In this document: one piece after another, positions 37,953-46,575 of the stretch
Position numbering within the stretch: the first letter of the stretch is position 1
How the letters are laid out: every line of letters begins with the position of its first letter
IMG/VR virus record: IMGVR_UViG_3300017766_003232
Span: 1 to 64,000 of that record
Length of the DNA stretch: 64,000 bases
From: a virus
Lineage: Duplodnaviria > Caudoviricetes
Strand: one strand, 5' to 3'
Program-made: the position numbers and the translations under genes
The notes under the pieces: generated by a model
Told to the model about the DNA's origin: nothing
The model's database searches: none
What the model saw: the letters and a program-made list of their open reading frames with translations, nothing else

Positions 37953-38831
37953 TTAAAATATATAACGTATTGTATTCCAAGGTATTATTTTATTATGTAA
38001 CTTAGTAAAAGAATTTATAAAATCATTTTTTAAATGATGTTTATATCTAATGTTTTTACCACCATGTTGTGATATTTTATTTTCTTGTATTGTAGGAACC
38101 CATAAATATTCACTTTCTCCTGGAAGATTATTAAGTACATTGTAAATATGTTTATTTTCATTGTGAGTAAGAAATATAACTTCAGCTTTAACAATGTCTT
38201 TATAACTTACATAATCATTTATCATATGAAATAGATTTTCATATTCTTCTAACCAATTACTTGTAACTATTACAGGACTAAAGTTAATATGAACATCATA
38301 TCCAGCATCTATAAATGCATCAATAGCTTTAATTCTATCAATTATTTTAGATGTATTAGGTTCTAATAAATCAGCAAATGTTTGTGGCATTAAGCTAAAT
38401 CTAATTCTAATTTTTTCTTCTGGATTATATTCAAGAAGTTTTGGATTTACATATTTAGTAGCAAATGTACCCATGGCTATAGGATGTTGCTTAAAAAAGT
38501 TAAATGTTTCTTCCCAATCCCAATGTTTAAGATGTAATGCCATGTCGGAATTACAACCTATATCATATGTAATATATTCAGAATGTGTTTGATTAGGTTT
38601 TTTTACATTTGTAAAATAAGCATGATTATTTATAGTTGTAAGAATATCTCCTGTATTTTTAGCAATTGTTATATCTTCATTAACATGACGTTTGCAATAA
38701 CAATATGTACATTCAAAGCCACAACCAAAAATAAAACTTGGTGTCATAAAATCACTGGACCTACCAGATTCAGTGATTTTTAATGTTTTTCTTGTAACTT
38801 TTTTTATCATACATTTTAGATATTTTTTCAT
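37953..38831 (-). CDS. splB: Spore photoproduct lyase-like radical SAM protein
   Basis: CGFECTYCY (CxxxCxxCY), GCNSD, FATKY, RIRFSLMP, HINFSPVI, YRY-like C-terminus; start probably at M8. Confidence 0.8.
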   Translation of the reverse strand: MKKYLKCMIKKVTRKTLKITESGRSSDFMTPSFIFGCGFECTYCYCKRHVNEDITIAKNTGDILTTINNHAYFTNVKKPNQTHSEYITYDIGCNSDMALHLKHWDWEETFNFFKQHPIAMGTFATKYVNPKLLEYNPEEKIRIRFSLMPQTFADLLEPNTSKIIDRIKAIDAFIDAGYDVHINFSPVIVTSNWLEEYENLFHMINDYVSYKDIVKAEVIFLTHNENKHIYNVLNNLPGESEYLWVPTIQENKISQHGGKNIRYKHHLKNDFINSFTKLHNKIIPWNTIRYIF

Positions 38832-39192
38832 TTATACCATAATCAATTAAAACATAATCTAAGCTGTCATTTACACCCCAGTTCTTATAATTATATAAAT
38901 CACAATTAGGTATATCAAACTCAGGTATTATATTCTTGATTTTGTGTACAACATATTCAGGAATTCTATTGATAGATGTATATTTTTTCATTATTATAAT
39001 ACCAAATCTTTCATATATTAAAGTTCCTAAAAAGTTTGTGTGTTTATACTTATCCCACATTTTCTTTTCATTCTTACATTGAAGATAACCTCTATAAGAT
39101 ATTGGAAGCTTTATAACTTTTTCTCTAAATATTAATACTAATCTTGTAGATATTTTTATTTTCATAATTCTTTTATAGTAGGTATTAAACAT
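38770..39192 (-). CDS. Minimal protein-kinase-like protein
   Basis: VIK (beta3 Lys), NE (alphaC Glu), DLYNYKNWG (catalytic loop) and LIDYG (DFG-like); start probably at M10. Confidence 0.6.
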   Translation of the reverse strand: MFNTYYKRIMKIKISTRLVLIFREKVIKLPISYRGYLQCKNEKKMWDKYKHTNFLGTLIYERFGIIIMKKYTSINRIPEYVVHKIKNIIPEFDIPNCDLYNYKNWGVNDSLDYVLIDYGINEKISKMYDKKSYKKNIKNH

Positions 39193-39812
39193 GTTTGACC
39201 TAAATCATCTACTTTAATTTCCCAGTTATAACTACACGTATCTAACCAAAATGATATATTTTTATATTCACCACCTACTCTTGTAGAAATAAGATCACAT
39301 CCATTAATTTTTATATGATCATTAATCATAGATAAATCAATATTATAACTTTGTTTAAGATATTTAGATACAATTGGTAGTTGTTCTGATGTACAAGATT
39401 TAAACATATTATCAACTTTTGATTCAGTTAATTCAATATAATCTTCTAATGGATTGTTTTTACCCCATTCTTCTAAGGTATTTTTCCATTCTGAACAAGC
39501 TATTGAATGTATTTCTTTTAAACCTGCTCTACTTAATTTTTGAATTTTCATTTTTTCTTCTTTTTTTAATTCTGAATGAGGTATTATTATATTTTTTTTT
39601 AATATTTTCCAATCTTCTGAATCATTAATAGTAGTAAATGATAAATTAGGAAAATCTGTAAGTTTTTTATCAAATCTATCAAATGTTTGATCAAATACTA
39701 TTGTATTTAATGGTATTCCAAAAAATCTAATAGTATATTTAAGTTCATATTCTACTTCTGGTTTAACATTATTTTTTATCCAGTTGTAATTTTTTTCATT
39801 TGTGTTTTCCAT
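39162..39812 (-). CDS. Hypothetical protein
   Basis: 216-aa ORF; contains IHSIACSEWK motif. Confidence 0.6.
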   Translation of the reverse strand: MENTNEKNYNWIKNNVKPEVEYELKYTIRFFGIPLNTIVFDQTFDRFDKKLTDFPNLSFTTINDSEDWKILKKNIIIPHSELKKEEKMKIQKLSRAGLKEIHSIACSEWKNTLEEWGKNNPLEDYIELTESKVDNMFKSCTSEQLPIVSKYLKQSYNIDLSMINDHIKINGCDLISTRVGGEYKNISFWLDTCSYNWEIKVDDLGQTCLIPTIKEL

Positions 39813-39854
39813 TTTTTTAATTTTAAGGTTATTTTTAAATATAATAATTAAATG

Positions 39855-39890
39855 AAAAAGGTTGATAAACTATTGTTTACCAACCTTTTT
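39855..39890 (-). terminator. Intrinsic terminator
   Basis: AAAAAGGTTG-ATAAAC-tatt-GTTTAC-CAACCTTTTT hairpin just after the 39897 gene. Confidence 0.75.
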
Positions 39891-39896
39891 AAATAA

Positions 39897-40460
39897 TTAT
39901 TTACCTAAAACATCAGCAATTTCAGATGTTAAAGATGGTGTATTTCTTAATGTTTCTTTGAAGATAACATGAGAAGGTTCACCTGTTACAACTGTTGCAT
40001 TACGGAAAATAAATTCTCCATCTTTAGTTGTAATATAATCTCCATCTTTACCTGCTCTTTTAGCTGATTTTTCGATGTTCTCAATTTGGTATTTGCTACC
40101 TTTTGTTGTTTCAGTAATCTGAATGTTTAATGGAATGTTTTCCATACCAACAATACGAGGATTCAATAAGTTGAATTCAATCATATCTCCTTCGTTTTCT
40201 AATGAAGATAGATCTAAACCAAAGTTTCTTTCAATATCAACTGCTTCACCTGAAATCCAAGCACGACTTGCACTTGATGAAGTATTAAATCTATCATCAG
40301 ATGCATTTAATAATGATAAAATTGATTGAGGTCTTGATTCACCTGTTTCAACTATTTGAGCAAATTCTAATTGCACTTTATTTCCTCCTACTTTTTTAGC
40401 GTTAACTAATAATAATTCTCCTTTTACTAATTCTGCTACTGTTTTTGTAATTGCGTTCAT
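39897..40460 (-). CDS. Hypothetical protein (probably highly expressed early gene)
   Basis: 187 aa; has its own terminator and optimal-type codons. Confidence 0.7.
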   Translation of the reverse strand: MNAITKTVAELVKGELLLVNAKKVGGNKVQLEFAQIVETGESRPQSILSLLNASDDRFNTSSSASRAWISGEAVDIERNFGLDLSSLENEGDMIEFNLLNPRIVGMENIPLNIQITETTKGSKYQIENIEKSAKRAGKDGDYITTKDGEFIFRNATVVTGEPSHVIFKETLRNTPSLTSEIADVLGK

Positions 40461-40711
40461 AATTTTTGTTTTTAAAATGTTAAATAATTAATTTTTGTTT
40501 TTATGCTCTGAGACAGATTTATTATAGAATATTCTATTGACACTATTATTATTTTTGGTCATTGATATTGTATTGTAAAATCTAATACATCATTTCGAGC
40601 TTGATGATGTATTTTATAATTATGCTTTACAGCAAATAATTCTTGATAATCACAACTTAGGATACAGTATTTTAACTGTATCCCTTATTGTTTCCCCTTA
40701 AAATAATGGGT

Positions 40712-40888
40712 TTAATGTTTTGTTCTAATTGGTTCAATTGTTTTGTTTATACAACAGAATACATCAGCATCTATATGTTGTAAATAAAACAATGTTAACG
40801 CTTCTTGCATTGAAGAAGCATCAATGTTAATACCTTTTGAATAAAGTATTTCATTTTTATCGAAATATACTATGTGAAATGTTTTCAT
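40712..40888 (-). CDS. Small hypothetical protein (58 aa, not in ORF track)
   Basis: Manual translation MKTFHIVYFDKNEILYSKGINIDASSMQEAL...RTKH. Confidence 0.5.
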   Translation of the reverse strand: MKTFHIVYFDKNEILYSKGINIDASSMQEALTLFYLQHIDADVFCCINKTIEPIRTKH

Positions 40889-41139
40889 ATTAATGTTTAA
40901 ATAAGATTATAAATGTAAAAGCTAAAGCTATTAAGATTAGTGATGTCCAGAATAATACTCTGGTAAATTCTTTTATTGGATCATTTTGCATATATTTTAA
41001 TTTTAAGGATTTTGTGTTAATAGAATATATAGTAACCATCTGATTAACAAATGGTTACATATATTCATGAACAAGGTAAAAGTCAATAAACCTTATTCGA
41101 TGTAGGTATGATTCCGATCAAAGAAACATACCTTAAATT

Positions 41140-41385
41140 TTAGATTTGAGAGCGTATCTCTGCTCTCAATGATAGAATAGATGTCTCAGCATCTAATTGT
41201 GCATTAGTGAGCTCCAAAAGAGCATCAAATTCATTTTCGTTAATATCACGATCATGTAATTTGTTAAATGCATTGTTATAATCACGAATAGCATCAAATT
41301 TAAATGATTGAGCAATACGTGAAATAGAACTCTTAGTATCTGATACAATTAAAGTTCTTTCTTTGATTAAGTTTTCTATTGACAT
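41140..41385 (-). CDS. Hypothetical helical protein
   Basis: 81-aa ORF. Confidence 0.55.
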   Translation of the reverse strand: MSIENLIKERTLIVSDTKSSISRIAQSFKFDAIRDYNNAFNKLHDRDINENEFDALLELTNAQLDAETSILSLRAEIRSQI

Positions 41386-41723
41386 AATACAGGTTTTAAG
41401 GGATTGTATTTACTAAAATCAATTTGTTTGTTTACATATCTATTGTAAACTTTTAATAATGCATGAGCATTATTGTGAGCAACTGTGCGTACTCTTGCAA
41501 TTCGATACCCTAGATCCACTAGAATAACGAATGATTTTGTTGTTTTCACTTACTTGTTATTTGATTTATAAAGTTTCTTCATATGTTTTAACATATCTTT
41601 TTCTACTTCTGTTTTAACAAAAACAGAATAATCAATGTTTACTTTTGTATGTAATGCATTGATTTCAGCTTGAATAACAGCTGGATTTACTTTTGATTTT
41701 TCTTTAATTGCCATTGTATTTAT

Positions 41724-41927
41724 TTAAAAGTTAATATTTGTTCTTATTAATGTATCATAATAGTCATAGTCTACTGCTGTGTCATTAATTGCAGATGTGT
41801 TATAGTCTATTGGTGGATACATTTCATATGTTTGTTTAACCACTTTTAAAGTGGATAAATATTCTATTCCTATCAATAAGATTATTATCAATAAGAATAG
41901 AATTCCAAAAAATGTTTGTCTTTGCAT
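41724..41927 (-). CDS. Small membrane protein
   Basis: N-terminal TM helix FFGILFLLIIILLIGI. Confidence 0.55.
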   Translation of the reverse strand: MQRQTFFGILFLLIIILLIGIEYLSTLKVVKQTYEMYPPIDYNTSAINDTAVDYDYYDTLIRTNINF

Positions 41928-41931
41928 ATCT

Positions 41932-42129
41932 TTATTTATTTATTAATTCTTTGTTGCATATCATACTTGATAAACTAACCGTAAATGTTATAAGTATTGC
42001 TTGTATTATACAAGACATTACTCCATAATTACTTATTAAGAATGCATTACCAAGAGTAAAACATCCTTCTACAAACATTAATATTATTAGTCCTAGACTA
42101 ATAGACATTGTATAATTAATTGTTTTCAT
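41932..42129 (-). CDS. Small two-TM membrane protein
   Basis: Two hydrophobic segments in 65 aa. Confidence 0.55.
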   Translation of the reverse strand: MKTINYTMSISLGLIILMFVEGCFTLGNAFLISNYGVMSCIIQAILITFTVSLSSMICNKELINK

Positions 42130-42164
42130 TTTATTATTATTTTAAGGTTTAAATTTTAAGTTTC

Positions 42165-42575
42165 TTACACCACTCTGATGCAAGAAACTTTTTGAGCCAA
42201 CTCTAATCTATCACCTGATAGACCATTCTTTAACTCATCAATAGTAATTGTAATCCAAGTACTATTGATATATTCAGCACCATCATACTCGTGTATGTCA
42301 TATTGACAACCATCAGGTACTTCAACTATTGCTAATTGAGCATGTGGACCTGATGCTCTTTCAGAACCAATCTCTTCTACCACTTGAACAAGAACTTCAT
42401 CAGTTCTTGATAACTCTAGGTAAGTTTCCTCATCCTCACCATCTATTTCATATAGTCCTCTACCATATGATTCTTCAAGCAACTCATAAGAAATTTTCTT
42501 TTTTTTAAGGTATAATTCTTCAGCTTCTAAGCTGATACCATAACCACCGTAGCATTCATTTACTAATACTTTCAT
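42165..42575 (-). CDS. Conserved phage hypothetical protein
   Basis: VNECYGGYGIS...RTDEVLVQVVEE...ASGPHAQL...EYDGAE, a widespread phage family pattern. Confidence 0.7.
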   Translation of the reverse strand: MKVLVNECYGGYGISLEAEELYLKKKKISYELLEESYGRGLYEIDGEDEETYLELSRTDEVLVQVVEEIGSERASGPHAQLAIVEVPDGCQYDIHEYDGAEYINSTWITITIDELKNGLSGDRLELAQKVSCIRVV

Positions 42576-42611
42576 AATTTTTTGTTTTAATTTTCAGTTA
42601 ATAATATATAA

Positions 42612-42632
42612 AAGCAGGAATTTCACCTGCTT
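42612..42632 (-). terminator. Intrinsic terminator
   Basis: AAGCAGG-aatttca-CCTGCTT; T-run follows on the minus strand. Confidence 0.7.
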
Positions 42633-42639
42633 ATTAATG

Positions 42640-42831
42640 TTAATATGCACTCTCTAAAGAGCTATAAGATTCAATTACACCTAATTCTTTGATGTAATCA
42701 ATTAACTCAGGATTAGTAGCTTGTAGAATTTTAACTTCTTCTTTAAGTTTATTTCTTTTAGCTACTACAAGCATTGTCTCTAACTGTTCTATAGTAGCAT
42801 TTTTTAATTTACCAAATCTAATTGCTTTCAT
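42640..42831 (-). CDS. Hypothetical protein
   Basis: 63-aa ORF with its own terminator. Confidence 0.6.
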   Translation of the reverse strand: MKAIRFGKLKNATIEQLETMLVVAKRNKLKEEVKILQATNPELIDYIKELGVIESYSSLESAY

Positions 42832-43043
42832 TTTTTTAGTTTTAAGTTTATATAAATGCCTTAATTTTTAAGTACATTCTTTTATTTTAATACATCAAAT
42901 GTATCAAATAAGGTGATAGTGACCTATCAACCACTTGAACATCAACACATTACAATAATTTAGTATAACATTTGTATACTATTTTATACATATGTTTTGT
43001 ATTGTAATTATGTGAGTTCTATCTAATACTTGGAGTTACTAAA

Positions 43044-43063
43044 AGACACCCAAATGGGTGTCT
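43044..43063 (-). terminator. Intrinsic terminator
   Basis: AGACACCC-aaat-GGGTGTCT; T-run follows on the minus strand. Confidence 0.75.
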
Positions 43064-43068
43064 AAGAC

Positions 43069-43386
43069 TTAGTAGACGAACACTTTTTGTTCACCTTTGG
43101 TGACAGACCAGTCTTTACCTTGAAAAATACCAGACTCATCTCGAGTCGCAGTGAACATCGCAACTGTTAACTTCGCATCGTTGTCCATACCTTCCTCTAA
43201 CTTGCTTCTTCGCACTGGCAAGTAGATCATCTCTCCGTTTTCCTCCAACTCGATTTGGTTATACACCTCATTGAATTGATATTCACCTGGAAGAAGTGTT
43301 CCGATGATTGAAGATTCTGCGTACAATGGCGCACCAAAGGATTTTACTCCAAGATCTTTTAGTGCAGAAAATAAACTCGTTTTCAT
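43069..43386 (-). CDS. Hypothetical protein, first gene of the leftward early block
   Basis: 105 aa; GC roughly 40-47% by hand count of three 60-nt lines, far above the rest of the window. Confidence 0.7.
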   Translation of the reverse strand: MKTSLFSALKDLGVKSFGAPLYAESSIIGTLLPGEYQFNEVYNQIELEENGEMIYLPVRRSKLEEGMDNDAKLTVAMFTATRDESGIFQGKDWSVTKGEQKVFVY

Positions 43387-43733
43387 TTGACTTTGTTTTT
43401 AGTTTGACGGGGGAATATCCCAACCGCCAAAATTTAGTAGGGGTTGTTTGTTTAGGTGGTAACCACTTGTGCATTCTCAACGATATAAAAAAATATAAAA
43501 AAATATAAAAATATAATTTTCTGTACATAGTGTTTCGCTTTTATGTATGCGTAGCATAGCGGTGTAAACTTATCTATTGATGATATACATAACGTAAATA
43601 CTATATGTATACCTATAAATAGGTTTACCTATATAGGAAAATTAGTGTAATAAAAGTGATACTAACTTTGGATAAGATGCAGTTTATCAATTGGTTAAGT
43701 GTTTTCGTTAGTATAACATTCAGTGAAACAAGT

Positions 43734-43797
43734 GTATCACAAAAGGTATATTACATGTATCACTTTTGTGATACTAAAGGTATCACTTTTATGATAC
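43734..43797. repeat. Three palindromic units at a 23-bp period (GTATCAC-W4-GTGATAC)
   Basis: GTATCAC at 43734, 43757 and 43780. Unit 2 is a perfect GTATCAC-tttt-GTGATAC. An extra half-site AAAAGTGATAC lies at 43652-43662. Confidence 0.8.
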
Positions 43798-43926
43798 TAG
43801 ACCTGTAAAAGAAATGACAATTCCAAATGTTTTAACAATTTTATTTAAATTAATTTGTAGATATTCTAATGGTACAATAGTTAGGTAATATGTAAATAGA
43901 AAATATGATAATTAATTGCAAAAGAA

Positions 43927-43952
43927 AACCCACTGAACGAATCCAATGGGTT
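43927..43952 (-). terminator. Intrinsic terminator with UUCG tetraloop
   Basis: Minus strand AACCCATTGGA-TTCG-TTCAGTGGGTT followed by TTCTTTT. Confidence 0.8.
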
Positions 43953-44031
43953 AACTTAAATCATAAAATAAAGCCTGGCAAGACCTTTCACTGAAAGAAG
44001 TGATATAAACAACGTATGCAAATATAAACAA

Positions 44032-44322
44032 TTATTCTTCTCTACCAAGAATACCTAATACATTTTGTTCTATTTGCTTAATATATTTCTCTCCTTCTAT
44101 TTCTACATCAAATCCACTATATTGTCCAAACATTACAATATCACCAACATTTGTTTCCATTGGATGATTTTTTGTACCTGGACCAACAGCAACGATTGTA
44201 CCTGTCAAAGGTGCATCTTTAATACTATCAGGAATAATGATTCCACTTTCTGTCATATTTTCTACTGGCTTCAGTTTAATGATTACCTGCGTACCAATTG
44301 GTTTAAAGTTTATTGCTTCCAT
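44032..44322 (-). CDS. groES: Co-chaperonin GroES
   Basis: KPIGTQVII, TESGIIIPDS mobile loop, GTIVAVGPG, VGDIVMFGQYSG, VEIEGEKY. Confidence 0.95.
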   Translation of the reverse strand: MEAINFKPIGTQVIIKLKPVENMTESGIIIPDSIKDAPLTGTIVAVGPGTKNHPMETNVGDIVMFGQYSGFDVEIEGEKYIKQIEQNVLGILGREE

Positions 44323-44333
44323 TTATAAATTAT

Positions 44334-44510
44334 TTAATCGTTGACAATACTGAAGTCAACAAATTCGCTATCAGAAATAGCATTGTTTTTAAATTTGTTT
44401 TCTGATTCTTCAATTGCTGAGTTCCATAAATCAGCTTGTTGTGGAGTTAGTGGGAATACCACTAATCCATCAAACTCGTTTTCTTTATTTTCTATTGGTA
44501 GATTTTCCAT
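44334..44510 (-). CDS. Small acidic hypothetical protein (58 aa, not in ORF track)
   Basis: Manual translation MENLPIENKENEFDGLVVFPLTPQQADLW...IVND; fills the gap before groES. Confidence 0.5.
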   Translation of the reverse strand: MENLPIENKENEFDGLVVFPLTPQQADLWNSAIEESENKFKNNAISDSEFVDFSIVND

Positions 44511-44679
44511 CTTTTAAAAATTGTAAATAAAAAACTAATGCTATACCAATTCCAAAAGTGATCATTAACAAAGTAAAACCAATTCCAGATGATGCAGCAA
44601 TCTTATCAAAATGTGTAGTAAAGTAGATAGCAGCACTTAAACCAAATGCCACTCCTAAGATTGTTAGTAATTTTTTCAT
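44485..44679 (-). CDS. Small two-TM membrane protein
   Basis: Two hydrophobic helices with a basic C-tail; possibly holin-like. Confidence 0.55.
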   Translation of the reverse strand: MKKLLTILGVAFGLSAAIYFTTHFDKIAASSGIGFTLLMITFGIGIALVFYLQFLKDGKSTNRK

Positions 44680-45317
44680 AGTTCAAACGCTTTAATTGTA
44701 TGTTCAAAAGGATTTCCATCAATTGACTTAACCAAGTTTAACATTACTTCAGCAATCTCTCTGATTTCAAGTTGAGCATGTTCAGAGTTTCTTAACTTTT
44801 GGAAATGATAAAAGCTTCGCCAATTAAACATTACATCCATAGTTATTTGAGAGTTAAATGTTTTAAAAAACCTTGCAGATTCTTTTGCACGTTTTCTACC
44901 AAGTACAGGAGTTAAATCTTCTAAGCATTTATGATACAATGAATTTGCAGCTTCAGTTGCAGCTTCTAATCTATGAAACCATTCAACTACTTTTTCATCT
45001 GATGATTTTAACCAATCGTGAGGTAGATACATTTTATCTTCTTTCAATTCTTTGTACCTTGCAGATTCTCCATTGATTGCTACACCTATTCTATGTTTTA
45101 ACAAATGAATATGACTTGCTTGTTCCACAGTTACCAGGAAATGCAATGTACTTTTTTCAAAAGGAGTATGATGTCCTTCTGTAGCTAACATTTTTAATAG
45201 ATCAGGGATTCTTTCAATTTTGCTATCTGTTAAATCTCTGCTTGTAGAAGTCCACGCTGATAATGCGTGAACTTCATCTGAACCATAATGTCCAATTAAT
45301 TCTATTTTATTTCCCAT
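44676..45317 (-). CDS. thyX: Flavin-dependent thymidylate synthase
   Basis: GHHTPFE, HLLKHR...NGESARY, ESARFF, NWRSFYHFQKLR, HAQLEIR. Confidence 0.95.
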   Translation of the reverse strand: MGNKIELIGHYGSDEVHALSAWTSTSRDLTDSKIERIPDLLKMLATEGHHTPFEKSTLHFLVTVEQASHIHLLKHRIGVAINGESARYKELKEDKMYLPHDWLKSSDEKVVEWFHRLEAATEAANSLYHKCLEDLTPVLGRKRAKESARFFKTFNSQITMDVMFNWRSFYHFQKLRNSEHAQLEIREIAEVMLNLVKSIDGNPFEHTIKAFEL

Positions 45318-45852
45318 TTCTTTCTGATTTCCAAAGTTTAATTACATTAATTGATTTATCTAAGTCTGTATCGAACTCACCTTTTTTCTCTGCACGTTCC
45401 AATCTTTTTACAATATCAAATAGATATGGATTCCAACCTCTTTCCTGTGCAATTTTGTAAAGTGTACCTTTGCTATTGTCGTAATGTTTTGGTGTATCCA
45501 ATTCTTCAGTTTTGTTTTGTACAATAACTTTTGGTTTACTATTAACAATTTGAGTAGGATCAAATAAAGCTTTCACTTCTTCCTTTGTTAAATACTCATA
45601 GTTAACTACTGGTTTAGATCCTACTACATTTCCTTCATTAGAAATTACATCTGTACGTTCTACTTCAGCTTTATAATAATCATTTTCAAATAGATTCTTT
45701 GGATAAAACCATTTTGCTTTTCTATCATTTAAAACCTGGTACTCTTTATCTGTTTGATCTAATATTCTATAAAATTTGTTTTGTGTTAATACACCACCAA
45801 TGCCTAATAAACATTTTTTTTCCATACTATTTATTTTTAATGAATGTTCCAT
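45307..45852 (-). CDS. Protein with C-terminal DUF3310-like domain
   Basis: TPKHY...IVKRLERAEKKG...DLDKSI pattern; nucleotide-metabolism context. Confidence 0.6.
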   Translation of the reverse strand: MEHSLKINSMEKKCLLGIGGVLTQNKFYRILDQTDKEYQVLNDRKAKWFYPKNLFENDYYKAEVERTDVISNEGNVVGSKPVVNYEYLTKEEVKALFDPTQIVNSKPKVIVQNKTEELDTPKHYDNSKGTLYKIAQERGWNPYLFDIVKRLERAEKKGEFDTDLDKSINVIKLWKSERNGK

Positions 45853-46300
45853 TTATTGTTTTACCTTTTCTATCTTTAATTTCATTCCAAGCTAACTCTA
45901 AGCAATCCTCTAATGTTGATCCATAAAAGTTAGCAATATTTTTTAAATATCCAAGTGCTACATTAACTGAGGATACTGAAACCTTTTCTTGATTATAGAT
46001 ATACTTATAAGAAAAGATTACATTTGAGATTGCTCTATTAAATTCAAATAAATTAGATTCAATATCTTTTTGTTTAAATTGAAATGGTAAAATTTCATCT
46101 GTCATTTCTAATTGAGCAAATAGAATATATAGAACAACTTGAGTATCTCCAATACCATCTTTAATTTCATCTACATTATTACTAAGATATGCTTTAAATA
46201 TTTCACTTGATTCTTCAATCAATTTAAAAACTTGAACTGTTGAATTTTCTTTTTTAATAAGATTTTTTTTACTTGCCCAGTCAATTACATTATTTTTCAT
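45827..46300 (-). CDS. mazG: MazG-like NTP pyrophosphohydrolase
   Basis: KLIEESSE...IKDGIGDTQVVL and CLELAWNEIKDRKGK...GTFIK. Confidence 0.8.
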   Translation of the reverse strand: MKNNVIDWASKKNLIKKENSTVQVFKLIEESSEIFKAYLSNNVDEIKDGIGDTQVVLYILFAQLEMTDEILPFQFKQKDIESNLFEFNRAISNVIFSYKYIYNQEKVSVSSVNVALGYLKNIANFYGSTLEDCLELAWNEIKDRKGKTINGTFIKNK

Positions 46301-46460
46301 ATAAAAATTATTTGTTTTTCTTTACACGTTGTTTTTTCATGTAAAGATTTTTCTATTTTCTTTACACGTATATAGTACCAATAGAATATTTAAAACTTAT
46401 TTATTGATATTCTATTAACTCAATAACTAATGATTAATTATCTTGTTAACTATACTCGCA

Positions 46461-46570
46461 CGAAGGTAGTATAAAATTTTTACACTTGCAATATTTTTAT
46501 ATAAAAAAAGTATATTTATTTTTTATTTAAATTGTTTTTGTATATTTGTAATATAATTTATATATATTTG
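46461..46570. promoter_or_regulatory. Divergent host-type promoters at the strand switch
   Basis: TACCTTCG on minus (46461-46468); TATATTTG on plus at 46541-46548 and 46563-46570 (Bacteroidota -7 consensus TAnnTTTG). Confidence 0.6.
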
Positions 46571-46575
46571 CTCCA

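Noticed and set aside
40990-42610. Conserved phage early-promoter motif TATATATT(C)ATTAAC
   Set aside because: Only two loose copies in extremely AT-rich DNA, which is not distinguishable from chance without statistics.
44676-46300. Hypermodified-base or uracil-DNA system (thyX, DUF3310, mazG, dead UDG)
   Set aside because: ThyX makes ordinary dTMP, and no glycosyltransferase, PurZ, or dU/hmU pathway enzyme is visible in the window.
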